A program made the translations under genes and the position numbers. From Octopus bimaculoides (taxonomy: Eukaryota), in NCBI RefSeq assembly GCF_001194135.2, contig NC_068981.1, forward strand, positions 153,684,595-153,726,813: a stretch of 42,219 nucleotides of DNA, written 5' to 3'. Positions 9,700-24,100 of the stretch are shown piece after piece. The notes under the pieces were generated by a model, which saw only the letters and a list, made by a program, of their open reading frames with translations, was not told the origin of the DNA and searched no databases. Within the stretch, counting starts at the first letter, position 1; every line of letters starts with the position of its first letter.

Positions 9700-12600
9700 T
9701 GATCAGCACAGGTTTTGACTCTACAACAGAGAACAAATATTATTGGCAATTGTTCATTTTATCTGACAAACGTAGGATAAAATATGAAATTATACCCAAC
9801 GTATAATAGTTGACTGCTGTCAGTACTAGTTCTACTGCTGCTTCTATATCAAAAGGCCCCCACCTCATGATGGTAAAATGCAGTTGAAAATCCATGGACA
9901 AAACTGAAAGTCATATTTCCTTTCTAAGATATCAACACAAGAGCTGGATCCGTTTATAGAGCTACTCAAGTGTTCCACTTCAGTGACTCGTTTAATGATT
10001 CAAGTGTTCCACTCAAGTATTTATATAACTGAAACTGAGTCCAAATCTTTCTTGTAAATCTACAATATCTGTAATACACTAGAGACGATTTCATCGACCA
10101 TTCATGTCCTTTGATAAATATCTGCCTTATGAACTCATTCGTAAATCACAGCTGTTATTTCTATAGATTTTTCAAGTAATAATCACAAATGAAATGCAAA
10201 GAAACTTAAATAGATTTTTGTAACTGGACCTGATTTTTTCTTCTTTTTTTTTTTCACCTTTTCTTTTTCGATATAAAAATATCCAAATATAAATAAAAGA
10301 TAATTCTTTCTAAAGAAATGACAGTCTGTTGAAACAGATAATACTACCAATGGTTTCCTTTTTATATCCAGCCTAGAAAAGAAATTACTAACTCCAAATA
10401 CTTTGAGAAATATTACCAGAAATATGGCATAAACAAATACAAGCCACAGTCTTCAGCAACACAAATACTAACCATATTACAAATACAAGACGGTAAAAAA
10501 CACTAGAATATATTTAGTTCTGACTTAAATTTGAAAGGAAAGCACTCCAAGTTTCAAACTTCTGAGCTAACTTATCCATAGTATAAAGGCAAGTCTGTCC
10601 CATCTAAATATTAAAAAAAAAAAAAATTCAATATAAAAGTTATGACTGTTTATAAGATGCTACTTATTAAATGGCTTAGTTTGTTTCAATTACGATATTC
10701 AGGGAACATCTGAGATTAATTCCTTAACATCAATATCTGGAAATAAACCTTACAGTTGTAAAATATTTTATGATAAATCAACTTTGAAATTCTTCACAGA
10801 GTTTTAAACATAAGAAATTCATACGTTTTCTTTTTTAAATTAATTAAGTTGCTTAGTAAAACCAAAATTATAACTTAAAATATCCTGTGTATTTTTCAAT
10901 CATATACTTAGCATGCTTCATGAGAAATTATTGCAAACTTCTTTCAAAAGCAATATCCAATATTTAAATGTGAACTTAGTTTCAGTAAACCTGAAAATTA
11001 ACTCTTTCTTTATGCAAATAATTATCCAAAAGTCTTTATATCAAAGACCATCTATGAAGAATTACATAGAAAATATGACAACTAGTCAGATCTAAAGTTG
11101 TTTTTGTTGTTGCAAGTAAAAAGGAAAAACACCAGGGTTCATTTTATGAAGAAAAAAAATTGAGAAAAATCTTTATTTTACTCATTGAAAACATTGATCA
11201 CAAGCCTATAGAGTCGGTTTCCTGTGCTGTTAACAGCAGTAAAGCATCATACGGTGACCAAGGGCAACTTCCCAGACAAGGCTGCAAGTTTACTGCCATC
11301 CCCTTTGAGCCACACAGAAGCAGTAGGAAGGGAAATGGTTTCAGAGCAGTAGATATATAATGACATAAGAAAGAAATAAGTTCGAAGACATCTTTCTGGT
11401 GCTACACAGAATCAATGAAGTTGGTGCCTTTAGTTTTAAAATCAAATGAGAACACATTTCAAACAAAGCACTTGCAGACAAGCAACATGGAGTACAAATG
11501 AGAACAATTTTGTTTTTTGCTGCAGGTATTTGTAAAGTCAAAGAAAGCATTTGCTCACAATAGATGGTATTTTTAATTGCCAATCTAATAAAATGTCTCA
11601 CTGATAGACCTTCTGCTTGTCAGAATAGCATGTGCAGAGACAAATGGTATCATTTGCAGTTTTGTTGAAATAATGGAAGACAATTTATAAGCAAATACAG
11701 TCAAGTCCATCACACAACTAACCTGCCATTTCACAGCCCATACACATGTTTATCTAATTTTTTATTCACCTATTTTTGAAATAGATTTTTTTCCTGCTCA
11801 GTTCATGTGTGATGCTTTTCTCAGTTAGTGATTCCAAGAGACATGCAACAACAAAAAAGCAAGTCGTATTCAACAAATAGGATAACACAAAACAAATTAC
11901 ATTAGTGGAAAGAAAAGCTTCACATAAGCTATTATGTCAAACCATATACAAGAATTATTTCATATTTACATGAAGAAAATGTAGTAGCTATTTTTTAACT
12001 TTTTGTTTTGCCATTGTCTAAATGAATCAAGTTATACATATACCTAGAACCTTTCAGAACTATAGATCCCCTTTTCAGCTTGATATCCATAGTAAAAATT
12101 TTTTTAAAAAACTGATTTTCTTTAACTTTGATTTCAATCTCTGAATAAACCTAAATGAAACCTAGCATTTAGATCTAAGTTGTCCAATAAGTCGTCCTTG
12201 TTGCATCATTTTATATACTGAAATCACTACAGAGAAGCTAAATATGTAAGAGAAATACTGAGTTGACTTTTAATTAAGATTATTTAAGATAATACTAAAA
12301 TATCTTAGCTGCCATGATAACAAATCATCTACACAATGTCTGTATCATAAATGTTATAATCATCTTGTAGATTCTTGATAACTACCGTAATGTCAAACTG
12401 ATGCATAGCATCAACATTGAAAGAAACTTTTAAACCAGCTTTACATTTAATCTATATTTCACAATGAATTAATTATTAAACCAAAGATGATAGTTAATCA
12501 AACAAAATAAATGCTGTAAGAAATTAATTATTACTTTGTTGGTTAGTCTATTTTAGGAGTTGGTTGAATGCTAATTCACTCAAAATAAATTTTGGGAACT

Positions 12601-15600
12601 ATGATAAAAATATTAGAGACCTGAGATTTTCTTTTTTTAATTCTTTTTCTTTTTCAAAACAAATTAAATTTCAAATGACATAAAAATATTAGTAAAAAAA
12701 ATAATATTCAAGGTATATAATTTCTATGTTAGTGTGTATGTATACACACAAGAGATGAGTGCAAATGTGTGTATGAATAAGAACATTTCTTCCAAATTCA
12801 ACAAGATGACTGTAACATTGACGTTACTCTATGGAGCACATTGAATTATCTGTTGTAAATTGCTGATGTTGCACCAGCCTGTCACATTAATGTGCACAAC
12901 TAAATACTATCAACAGCAAAATTTCCAATGATACCAGATGTCTACGTTATCAAACTCATCAGCAGCTGGCTAAGCAAAATCACCATGGCAGTTCTTGCAT
13001 TGGTGGTGTCATTCATAGCGTTATTCTTGCAGAATTCATTGCATTTCAAATGTCAAGCCAAGAAAAGCAGCCAACAGCTAACAGTAATAGTCTGTTCTGA
13101 GGAAAACAGAAAATAAGAATTATCAAAGACAGAAACTGAATTCCTCATACAGATTTAAGGATATCTTTTTTTTTATTATTATTCTCTCTGCAAGATTTTC
13201 TTCTAAATATTTATGAATTTTATTGAACAATGTGTCTGCAACTGTTTCACAGTGTTCTCTGAATGATACCCCCAATAACTGGTCAGTAATGAAAATGAGT
13301 GTAGCCTAGTAGACAGCACAACAACTATGTGATGCTGTCTTCACTTTTACAGTCATTTCCTACGACAATAAACTTAAAAATGCTTTGTTGGGTTGTTGTG
13401 TTTTTTTTTTCTTACTTGCTCCTTTAATATTGAATAGCGTGAGTAACATTGTCTCAGCAACAATCAATCGCGTTATTTAAGGAATAATGTTTTCAGATGC
13501 ATACACACACGTGTTATCACCGGCCTTGATGTGATAGAGTTTTAAATGCGTGAATTAAACTGAAATCCTTATGGATAACATTCAATATTGCAGTCAATGA
13601 CGATAATGGTTGGGAAACAGCAGAACCTGAAGAAACTAGTGATGGTTATTGTCAGCAAATAGTAAGTACAAGAAATTCAGCAACTAGAATATATCAGATT
13701 GCTGTGAGGAAAAATAAAATAACGTTTCAGGCAGGATCCTTCATCGGAGAAAGATTAAAGATTTTCAGAAAAACATTTTATTTTTCTCCACCAAAACATT
13801 CTGACCAAAATGTTATGAGTTGTGTTCTACACAGCAAAGTTATCCCATTTCGTGAACTTGTACAGTAATGATTGGATTATCTCCCTTAAACAAATTTGAC
13901 GTGCTCCCTTTTAGTTTGATGAAACTAAGTTCAGTAAGATTGCTTTTGGACATTTTCAAATTAAGCTAGTCGTTTTAGAAAGTTGCAAGTGTGTAAATAG
14001 AATAATAAAATTTGCAAGACTCTGCAAGTAAAAGAGCAATAGATCGAACATCAGAGATTGCAACTAAACATCTAAGTATCCTTTAAGATAACAGATAGAA
14101 TTAGCAATAAGATATATGAGGACTAGCAAATGAATTTAGATGCTACAACTGGTTGTGTCAGGATTATAGTAGCAAATGGCTCTTGAAGAATAAATGTCAT
14201 TAATAGATTCTACAGCACAATACACATATTAGTGACTGTTTTAATGGGACCATTAAACGCTACATTAATAATTGTTAGTGTAAGTGGTGTTGCATGTAAG
14301 GTATATTTTTAAAAGTGTGATAACTGAATAAATTATTAACCCAACAGCATTGCTATCCTATTACTCTATCAATAAATCTGAATATTATAATCCCTTATGC
14401 AGTTTATATTATGGATATAATGAGACCTAACACAGACTTTGAAATTATTTCATAACGAATGGAGATAAATGTCTAAGTTTGAATAACCAACTGTAAGAGA
14501 AATGACCTAATCGAGTTCTCAAATTTGAATAAGTCTGTATGCCATGGGGAAACGAGGGGAGCACTGTGTTTCAACAAAGCTCTTCTTCAGGTGAGAAAAA
14601 AATGTAAATGTTTAAGATAGATGAGAAAACTGTCTCAAGGATATCTTAAATATCTAAATTTATTTTTCTCTCCAAGGAATTCTCAAAACCTCAGTACTTC
14701 TTGTGCTTTCCCCCGTAGCATATGGATTTGCCCAAATTAGCAAACTCTACCTGATAAGAGTCATAGATAAATGAAAATCTCACTATCAGACTCAGATGTT
14801 ATTTGTGTTATAATTTTGAAAGTTGTTTTTCATTAACTTGCAATTAAGTGGTGACTTAAAGGAGAAACTATACACTTTTTGAGAGAGAATATATTAAAGA
14901 TTGATTTAAGCTAAAAGTGCACAGTGAGTGTGGCAACAAGAGATACAAAAACAAAAATGGCAACAGAAGATGCAAACAAAAGACATAGCAAAAGGTGCAG
15001 ACTATTTAGAATAGAAGATACAAAGGGCAAATATTAACACAATATATAATCTGCAAGGTTTTAGAATAGCTGTGATCTGGAGAGTCCTTAGAAAATAATT
15101 GCTTTGTGGACAATGCTTAATTTATATTGTTCTTTTTATGGTGTTATTAATGGGGGAAATATTAGATTTGTGCAGGCAAATTTATATGTAATATTTCAAA
15201 AATTGTAAACTACCCTTAGAGAAACACAAACAAGATTATTATTATATTTGTAAAGAGAAAGACACGAACTAACAGTCACAGCAGAAACTGAGCAATTATT
15301 AAGAACATCTGGATGTGGAATGGAATTAAGAAATTTATATATGGATTTATTTGTTATAAGCTATAAATCTCTTAACATTACATAAAATAGATTTCTTGGG
15401 CTAACAACACTTTCTTGTGATAGTCAAATTCAAAGACTACTTTATGAGCAATGTACTCATGAGTTTAGAACATTTTCAAATGAGTCACTACCAGTAAGTT
15501 CACTTAAACTTTGTTTAGAATTTGTGTTTTAAGAATTCTGCAATAATGGCTCATGACAATCTTATGCAAACATTATGTAAATGAGATATACAATTTAACC

Positions 15601-18128
15601 AGATTCTCACAGCTCAAAAGAAGCATACTATTAACTAATTAATCACATTGCTTCTTGTTAATCATACTACTAGAAAAATAATTAATGTAGAATTCTCCTG
15701 CCCTGATGCAGTACCAACAAATTTAGAATGTAATCTACAAATGTCAAAATAAGTTCAGAGAATACCCAACAGATCTTCCTTAGTGCTCATTTAGTAATTA
15801 ATTCTCGTATATTATTATTAATTTACTTATATTATGAATTTAAAATCTCTTTAAACTTTCTTTAAAATAGATGATCTCGGAGAAGGGAGAACACTGAAAT
15901 GCATATACCATCAAAAAATTATTTTGAATTTGCTTTAAATTTTGACAATTTTTATTTGAAAATAATGAGGCTTAAATAATGAGGAGTTCCAAATAATAAA
16001 ACTTAAATGAATTAATAATAATAATAATGTGATTAGTTTAAACTTTGCTTTGAAATAAATGGTTGAAAGTATACCTCTTTATAAGTCAAATTATTTTAAT
16101 TTTGTTTATTTTACAATAACTAAACGCTGTATAACCTCATCTCTTAGAATTTCCTATAAAATAAAAGGCGTTGTTTATACCTATAGCTACAGTGAAAATA
16201 CCATCTTCAAAGGAAATTTAATGTCATAAGCCGTATTATGAAGACGTCTTTTTCGAGGTTTGTTTATGTTTCTTGTTTTGCTTTTTCTTTTTTTAAGAGA
16301 ATCTTCCAGGAATTTTTTTGCTCCGATACTATTTTGAGAAATCAGATTGATAAACTAAAATTGATTTCAAGACAATAAGGAGCACAACACCAACAAAACA
16401 AAACAAAACAAACAAAAAAGAAAAACAATGAAAAAAAAATACAAACAAGAAATCATTTGAGCAACATCAATTACACATCGAAGCAGCTGCATAGAAATGA
16501 AATAAATATTAACATCTAAACAGAAAGACACACACTACATATGAAACAATGAAATGACAGGTTCTTCGATTCTTTAGTAGCAGAGGCCGGATTTCCTGGT
16601 ACGTTTCGACATACATATATATATATATANNNNNNNNNNNNNNNNNNNNNNNNNNNNNNNNNNNNNNNNNNNNNNNNNNNNNNNNNNNNNNNNNNNNNNN
16701 NNNNNNNNNNNNNNNNNNNNNNNNNNNNNNNNNNNNNNNNNNNNNNNNNNNNNNNNNNNNNNNNNNNNNNNNNNNNNNNNNNNNNNNNNNNNNNNNNNNN
16801 NNNNNNNNNNNNNNNNNNNNNNNNNNNNNNNNNNNNNNNNNNNNNNNNNNNNNNNNNNNNNNNNNNNNNNNNNNNNNNNNNNNNNNNNNNNNNNNNNNNN
16901 NNNNNNNNNNNNNNNNNNNNNNNNNNNNNNNNNNNNNNNNNNNNNNNNNNNNNNNNNNNNNNNNNNNNNNNNNNNNNNNNNNNNNNNNNNNNNNNNNNNN
17001 NNNNNNNNNNNNNNNNNNNNNNNNNNNNNNNNNNNNNNNNNNNNNNNNNNNNNNNNNNNNNNNNNNNNNNNNNNNNNNNNNNNNNNNNNNNNNNNNNNNN
17101 NNNNNNNNNNNNNNNNNNNNNNNNNNNNNNNNNNNNNNNNNNNNNNNNNNNNNNNNNNNNNNNNNNNNNNNNNNNNNNNNNNNNNNNNNNNNNNNNNNNN
17201 NNNNNNNNNNNNNNNNNNNNNNNNNNNNNNNNNNNNNNNNNNNNNNNNNNNNNNNNNNNNNNNNNNNNNNNNNNNNNNNNNNNNNNNNNNNNNNNNNNNN
17301 NNNNNNNNNNNNNNNNNNNNNNNNNNNNNNNNNNNNNNNNNNNNNNNNNNNNNNNNNNNNNNNNNNNNNNNNNNNNNNNNNNNNNNNNNNNNNNNNNNNN
17401 NNNNNNNNNNNNNNNNNNNNNNNNNNNNNNNNNNNNNNNNNNNNNNNNNNNNNNNNNNNNNNNNNNNNNNNNNNNNNNNNNNNNNNNNNNNNNNNNNNNN
17501 NNNNNNNNNNNNNNNNNNNNNNNNNNNNNNATGGGAGGGAGGGAGGGCCTCTGTCCTTCAGGAGTGCAATCATCCAGGTATATCTATCCTTTCCTGCTCA
17601 CCTGTCTCACCTTTCCAACACGTTTGTTTTGCTTTGATTAATTTTCTTTATTTTATGCATGTTTGACTTTCTTTTCTTCGGTATAATACATTTTTTTTTG
17701 TCTGTCCATTGTTGCCTGAAATTTTTAAGTTACATAACAGAGATTTGAAGACTGACAGAGAGGTAAGGCAGGTAGCAAGGTCAAGTACTGTATTAGTGGT
17801 CACAATGCATATCATGCAGTCTGCTTCAGTTTATTTACGAATACATCCACTCAATCACGTCACACCTATACACATTAGTCACACATACTTACAACTAACA
17901 ACCATACACTCATATATACCACAAACATCATTGGTGCACTTACAAACATAAAGCATCAACAACCACAGGCACACAGCATCGATACACTTATTAACACATA
18001 CAGTAGCAGCAGCATGATTAAGATCGTTGTCAAGATATCAGTTTATCCTGCAGGAACATAAGTAAGGACTTCCACAAAGTTACCAAATGGTCTCTGCTAC
18101 TCACACCAGAAGGAATGTCATTTCTTCT
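9700..18128 (-). other. Candidate long 3' UTR / downstream transcribed region of RalGPS (lower boundary uncertain)
   Basis: Directly follows the stop codon. CpG-depleted like the gene body and free of recognisable SINEs from about 9.6 to 16.5 kb. The polyA site is not identified. Confidence 0.35.
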
Positions 18129-18158
18129 TCAATCAAATGACATAAGGTTAACTGGCGT
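18129..18158 (-). CDS. RALGPS: RalGPS terminal coding exon (TPVNLMSFD*)
   Basis: Acceptor ttcttccag|ACG, phase 0; TGA at 18131-18129; resembles the vertebrate C-terminus (..NLMSFE*). Confidence 0.9.
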   Translation of the reverse strand, partial: TPVNLMSFD

Positions 18159-21100
18159 CTGGAAGAAATACAAAGTTGTTTTTTCAGAAAGTAGTTTCAA
18201 TATACAAGTAGAAATTGTTATACAAATACATTTTACAGAATAAAGACTAAATGGAAAAGTGTTAAACTTGCTTACATTTAACAGAAAATAAAGCATGTAT
18301 ATCCACTCAATATCTAACCCTTTCGTATTCAAATCACTCCAACAAATGTAATATTTATTTTCATAATTTCGAATTAATTATGCATTATGTTGTAGTTTAA
18401 AGATTTCAATGATGAGATGGTTTAGCTTTAGAATGACATTGTAGGGTTAGTGTGAGAGGTTGAACTTGGCCACTTTCAATATAAAACAGGTTAAATATTT
18501 TGGCCAGACATGGCTGGTTTAAATGCTAAAGGGTTAAACAGTGCATTGATGGTTACAAACCCAAAACAGGTTATCACATTTGAATATTACCATAATTACA
18601 AATAAGAAACCTCATAGCTATACATCAAGGTATGAGTAAACTTTATTCCAAATTTCAAAAGATTAGATTCATTGCAGTCAACAGAATATTTATCTATTCA
18701 TTTTGAATGAATCATTTCAATAGAAACACAGGCAATGATAATTGAAAAAAAGTTAACCATTTCACAATGCATTATGATATAATTAAAACAGAGTTGATTA
18801 CTTTTGAAATATATTTTTACTTATATCTTTGAGAATACTGAACTTAGGTTCCAAGTAATGTTTATAAGTTAATGCTGTAAACACTCCAGATTTATATGAC
18901 TAAAGTATTGAGATGTATTCATAACTGTTCTTCAAGCGCACTTCAAAATTTTGAATAGACACTGTAGAGTTATGTCATCCTCAGTCTTATCAAGGTATTT
19001 GATTATCAATTCTTTAGTGGAGATAAATTCACATGTCAATCACTAAACGAGTTGCTTGACCTGTTAGAAATAGCAGCCAAATTTCTTAATCATTCTCTAA
19101 CATTTTAAAAAGGGAAGAATTCAATGGACAATGTGGTCCCTTTTATACAAAAGATAATGTCAAGGCTGGAATGCTCTGATCAGAGCTACTCAAGAACTAA
19201 ACAACAATAATTGCAGCATTTTTAAGAGCAAAGTAGAAAATAAATTTTAACCTTTTTAGATGGGAAAGGAGACCTATCCACTTAAAATCTCATTGCTCTT
19301 AACTGTAGAAAGCAGTTTTACACACCAATCTATCTTTTGTTGAGGAATGTCATGTTTGAAACTATTTTCAGTTGAGAGATGTCAAGTCCACTGAGGCAAC
19401 ATGACTACCAGTTCTATTTCCAGAAGATATTAACTGGAATAACCAGGAAACTCAATTCCCAGTGAAGGGATTAATTATGCAATATTATTTCCATTATGCA
19501 ATTATAATGGCCTCTGCTTGCAAAACTAGCTGATTTCATGCCACCTCCATTCAAACACACCCAACTCAATCCTCTTTTTATTACTCATGTTGTGTCCAAT
19601 CTTTCCTTTAGCCCCAAGTTAATCACTATGCTTAGTCTTCTCTCTTCAGAATACTCTCTCCTAGCTCAGGTCTTTCCTGCAGCTGTCAACTTACTTTAAG
19701 CTGAATGTTAACAGAACCTATATTACAAGCCTTAGAAGGCCTGTGAATGTCATAGTCATTGCATCTTTTCAGACAAATCACACAGAAAAATATTTCAAAA
19801 CAGACTTTAGATGAAATATAACCACTAATTATTTCTTAGAAAAGTAACAGTGTTTGTAATTTTTCAATAATTATAATTTAGAAGATAAAAGTTCATAAGA
19901 TTGACTTGAAAAACACATCTAAAGTCAGTATATTTTTCATGAAGCTTCTTGTTAAATAACAAAGAGGAACCACTTTTTGTAACAATGCCATCTATATCTT
20001 CTATGAAACTTCTATGTCATGTTTCTATTACACTAGAAATAGCAGCTAAATTTTCCTCAAACCAATTGTTGTCTCAAAAGATGAAGAATACACTACACAA
20101 TGTGGTCGGGTAAATAAGATGATATGGAAGAAATTCCTTGGACCATAGTTCTTCACATTTAAACAAACTTAAGGGTCAGCCATGAATACAAAAATTTGAT
20201 ATTCAATAGATACAAATATACTTTCATGTTACTTAATATTATAAGATATAATAAAGAGAACAGAATAAATATAACAGATATTTAACAAAGTCACTCAATA
20301 AAATCTCAAGTTTTTCTTAGACATATATTCACTTACCCTTGGCTGAGAATGTTTGATAGCTTCTTCAAGATGTTGACACCAGACCAATGCCTCAGCTTGC
20401 GATCCACTTCGTAATTTGTAAACATTTCCTGTCCAAGTAAACCCATATTACCATTTATAATAAAATTACAATTAAACAATTTCTCTTCTTTTTTTTTTTA
20501 TTTTATTTTATTTCATTCTGTATCAAAAGTTTAACATTCAAACATTTGATATTTAAAATAGATTGTTCAATATAATTTGCCAGCAGGAGATAAATTTTTT
20601 TTTTTTTTTTTTAATATGAGTTCCAATATTTGAATTGCAATTATGATGGGGCAATGCCTCTTATTACATCAATCACAGTACTTATTTTGTCTATTTCAGA
20701 AGGATGAAAGGCAAAGTCACCTGGAGAAGATTTGAATCAAAACAAAAAGAGCTATATTCAAATTACTATAAAGTATTTTGTGGTATTTAGTTTACCAATT
20801 CTGCTATCCACCTACTAATGTGTAGAGAAGAGAGATCATGATGAAGACAAGAGAGTTGATAGCAGAATCTTGGGGGATAGCAATCTGTTCAGTAATGAAC
20901 ACAAATCCATCCTGACTACTTTTAATACTCCTCAACATCTCATAAATTATTTAATCAAGCCAAACTTTGTTTTCTACAAACTGTATATGGAACTCCCTTG
21001 AACAACCCATGTTCTTTGCCAAACAGCACTTCTCTTAGAGTTATTTCACTCAAAATACATAATATATTCTTCATGATTCTATAATCTATTTTAGTCATCA

Positions 21101-24100
21101 TTGTTAAAATCATTCAAGAACAGCATCGTCAAAGCTTTTTGTGCTATCTCAGTATATGTCAAAGAGTACTATTCTTTATTTTTGTTTTTTTTGTTTTTAT
21201 GCTTTTTTGAACATTGAACAGTTTTAATTGCCAGGTCAATAAAATAATAGATGCTACTACAAACTAAAACTACAATGTAACCCAGGTTAACTTTGTTTTG
21301 TAGTAGATATTAACTCTTAAACAGCAGATATCATCAGCTGATGTTTCATTAGAAAACAGTGGACATCAATTGATGTTTCAACAATTTTACATGGATACAG
21401 CTCTCAGCAATTGACATGCAAGCATCTACTTCATGTAAGCGGCCTTATTGATGGGAGAAATCAAATTGCAAATAGAAGATTTATATAATAATCTTTTTCT
21501 GACTTTCCTTCACCATCAGATGAGGTAGGTGATGATGTTGCTCTCGATAGCACAGAAGAAAGTGATACTTCAACTAGCTCTGGACAGAAAAAGTGCACTT
21601 ATTTCTCTCTATTTGTAAATTTTTTCAATAACAATCAGGAATCTCAAATGAATTTATGTTCATACTGGACGTAAAAGAAAGTGAATACTTTACAGCATTT
21701 TTCAATAATGAGATATACATTTATGATCTTGCCTATACCTTGAACATTGAAAACATTCAAAATAAAGCTTCACATAGCAAAAATCAGGTAAATACAAAGT
21801 TTGATGAAATGTATAATTTTTTTATGCCCCTTTGTCCTTATTTTCATATTTTCATGCTTTTTGCACCTATTTAAAGTGAAAATAAATATAAAAATTACCT
21901 GCAAGTAAAAAAAAAAAGGGGGGGGTTGTTTTTTACCTGTTGGACACGCATTCATGCAGCCCTTTCCTGCCATTTAAGCACTAAACCCTTTTCATACCAA
22001 CCCACCTGTAACTGCTCCTGGTTCTAATTTTTTTAATCTTTGTTTTAAAGGGCTTTAAATTAAAATGTTCCATCAAAATAGCATATTAATTTCAAAAATC
22101 AGTTCAGTTATTTTTCTAAATTAAGTTATTTTCGTAAATTCTTTGTTATTCTCACAATTAAGTGAAACAAAGCAGTGTATTTTAACAGAAGTATTAAAAC
22201 TGGAAATTGGATGTAAAGTTGCATGATTTTACATTCTTTTTTTTTTATGTGTGAATAATGTTTGTATGGCAAATCATGTAAGCAAAGAGTGAACATTTGA
22301 AATCAAGAAAATTACCTTTAGTGGGATTTGACAGTTTGAATGAATCTGGCTGGAAAGGATTACATCCCATGACAACCATCCACCCGATTATCGAAACCAT
22401 TTTGCTTGGACAAGATTTGAACTGGAATAAAAATAGGATTTTCCTTTTCATTTATTTGAAACTCTTTTGCAAGCATTCTCATATTTTGATTATGTAATGA
22501 GATTATTTTTGATAACTTTATGGTTTTAAGTAGTCGTAGTGGTACTACATTTTACAATATACGAAACCAAGTACAACTTATCAGTGTGGTATCAATTTTA
22601 ATGTGTAGTCAGTTTTAGTAATCTGAGTTTATTGTAAGTGACAACATATTTTGGTAATACAATTGAATGTAATATAATTGTACAATTATATAAATATGAT
22701 TTAGGAAGAATGTGAATGCATTAAAAATTAGCTCAGAGAATACTATAGAGTGCTGCCCCATTCTTTTTACAAAACACAGTAATTCTCAATGGCCCAATTC
22801 TTTTAGCAGTAAATATATCCCATCTATAAATATATCTCACTACTGTAAACAACTGACAGGTATTTATAAAGATTTCAGCACTGAGCAACTAAAATCAAAC
22901 TGATTCTCTGTTAATGACATGAAAACTGGGGTTGGATAAGTCACAGAAGATTGAAACATTTTTTTTTAACCTACAAGTAAAAGCAAGAATGATGTAGTAA
23001 ATAAGAGTAAACAGTTATCTACCTTGGTCAGAGATTGTCTTCACAGCTACCCTGATTTATATTTACTTGTGTACAAGTCAAACTATTTTATACTTGATTT
23101 TAACTGTAAAAAAAACTGGGGTGCGATTTATACACAGGATAAAGCTAAAACTATAAAGGGTAAAAATTTTGTTACCAAGATTAAAGGCCAAATAAGGGGT
23201 GTGACTTTTACAAAAATACAGCATATCAAAATAAAAAAAGTCCAAAACTAAATTTGATAAAATAACTTACAGAAGCTCGTTCACTTCCTCGTAAAGATTT
23301 TGCTGGATAATAAATTAACGAGGAACCCCACAAGGCAACCCAGTACCGTGTCCATGATGACACCTACAACAAAGTTTAAAAAATGTTTAAATTTAACAAA
23401 TTGTAACATAAAATTAGTTTTTTATTGAGTAATTTGAATTAATACTCAATTTGTTATAGTTAACGTTGTATGAATAACAATCACTTTATATAACTGGAGA
23501 AGGGGAAAGTGATCTATAAAATAATAAAAAAGCGATATATAAAAAAAAAAAGAATATAATACTTAATGAAGAAGAAGGAATGTCAGTAAAGTTTAACTGC
23601 AACAACGAAATCTTTAGAAAATATATACTATAACAACATCTAAAGAGACTCCCTAAATTGAATCATGAGGTATAGCCTTACAACAATAATTATTGTGATG
23701 TGCAACTTACTGAAATAACAAAGACAATGGCATAATAAAGTTGTCACTACTAATATACAACTAATTTCATTAATATAGTTTTAAAGAACGTAGTTTCACT
23801 GCTATTTTACTAGAACTACTTTAGACAGAGCTAATGAGGGAGCTAACTGACTATTCTTTTAAGGTCAATGAAATAATAACCAGTCAAATATTGCAAGGTT
23901 CAGCTAATCAAACTTTCCTGGAAAGTTTGTCCTCTTATGCAAATTCTAGTAATTATTTTTAAATATATACGAATAAATTTAAAACACGAAACATCACACC
24001 ATTTATTTTTATTCATACTTATTTTTCTAAAGACTCAACTTGTGTGGAATTCGCCCATCTACATTGAGGAAAACATAACGTGGAGTACAAAGGGAGGTAA

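Noticed and set aside
12928-13116. 62-aa plus-strand sORF with a hydrophobic segment
   Set aside because: Length expected by chance, no recognisable family, antisense to the presumed UTR.
13554-13866. 104-codon stop-free plus frame with an internal ag/gtaagt pair, and a CCGATGA..GAAACGTT hammerhead-like string on the minus strand
   Set aside because: A few frames this long are expected by chance in AT-rich DNA; the motif has a U4C change and no stem I.
21514-21579. 66-nt Ser-rich phase-1 cassette exon candidate inside the PH domain
   Set aside because: Weak donor (gtgaag) and no supporting evidence; could be revisited with RNA-seq.
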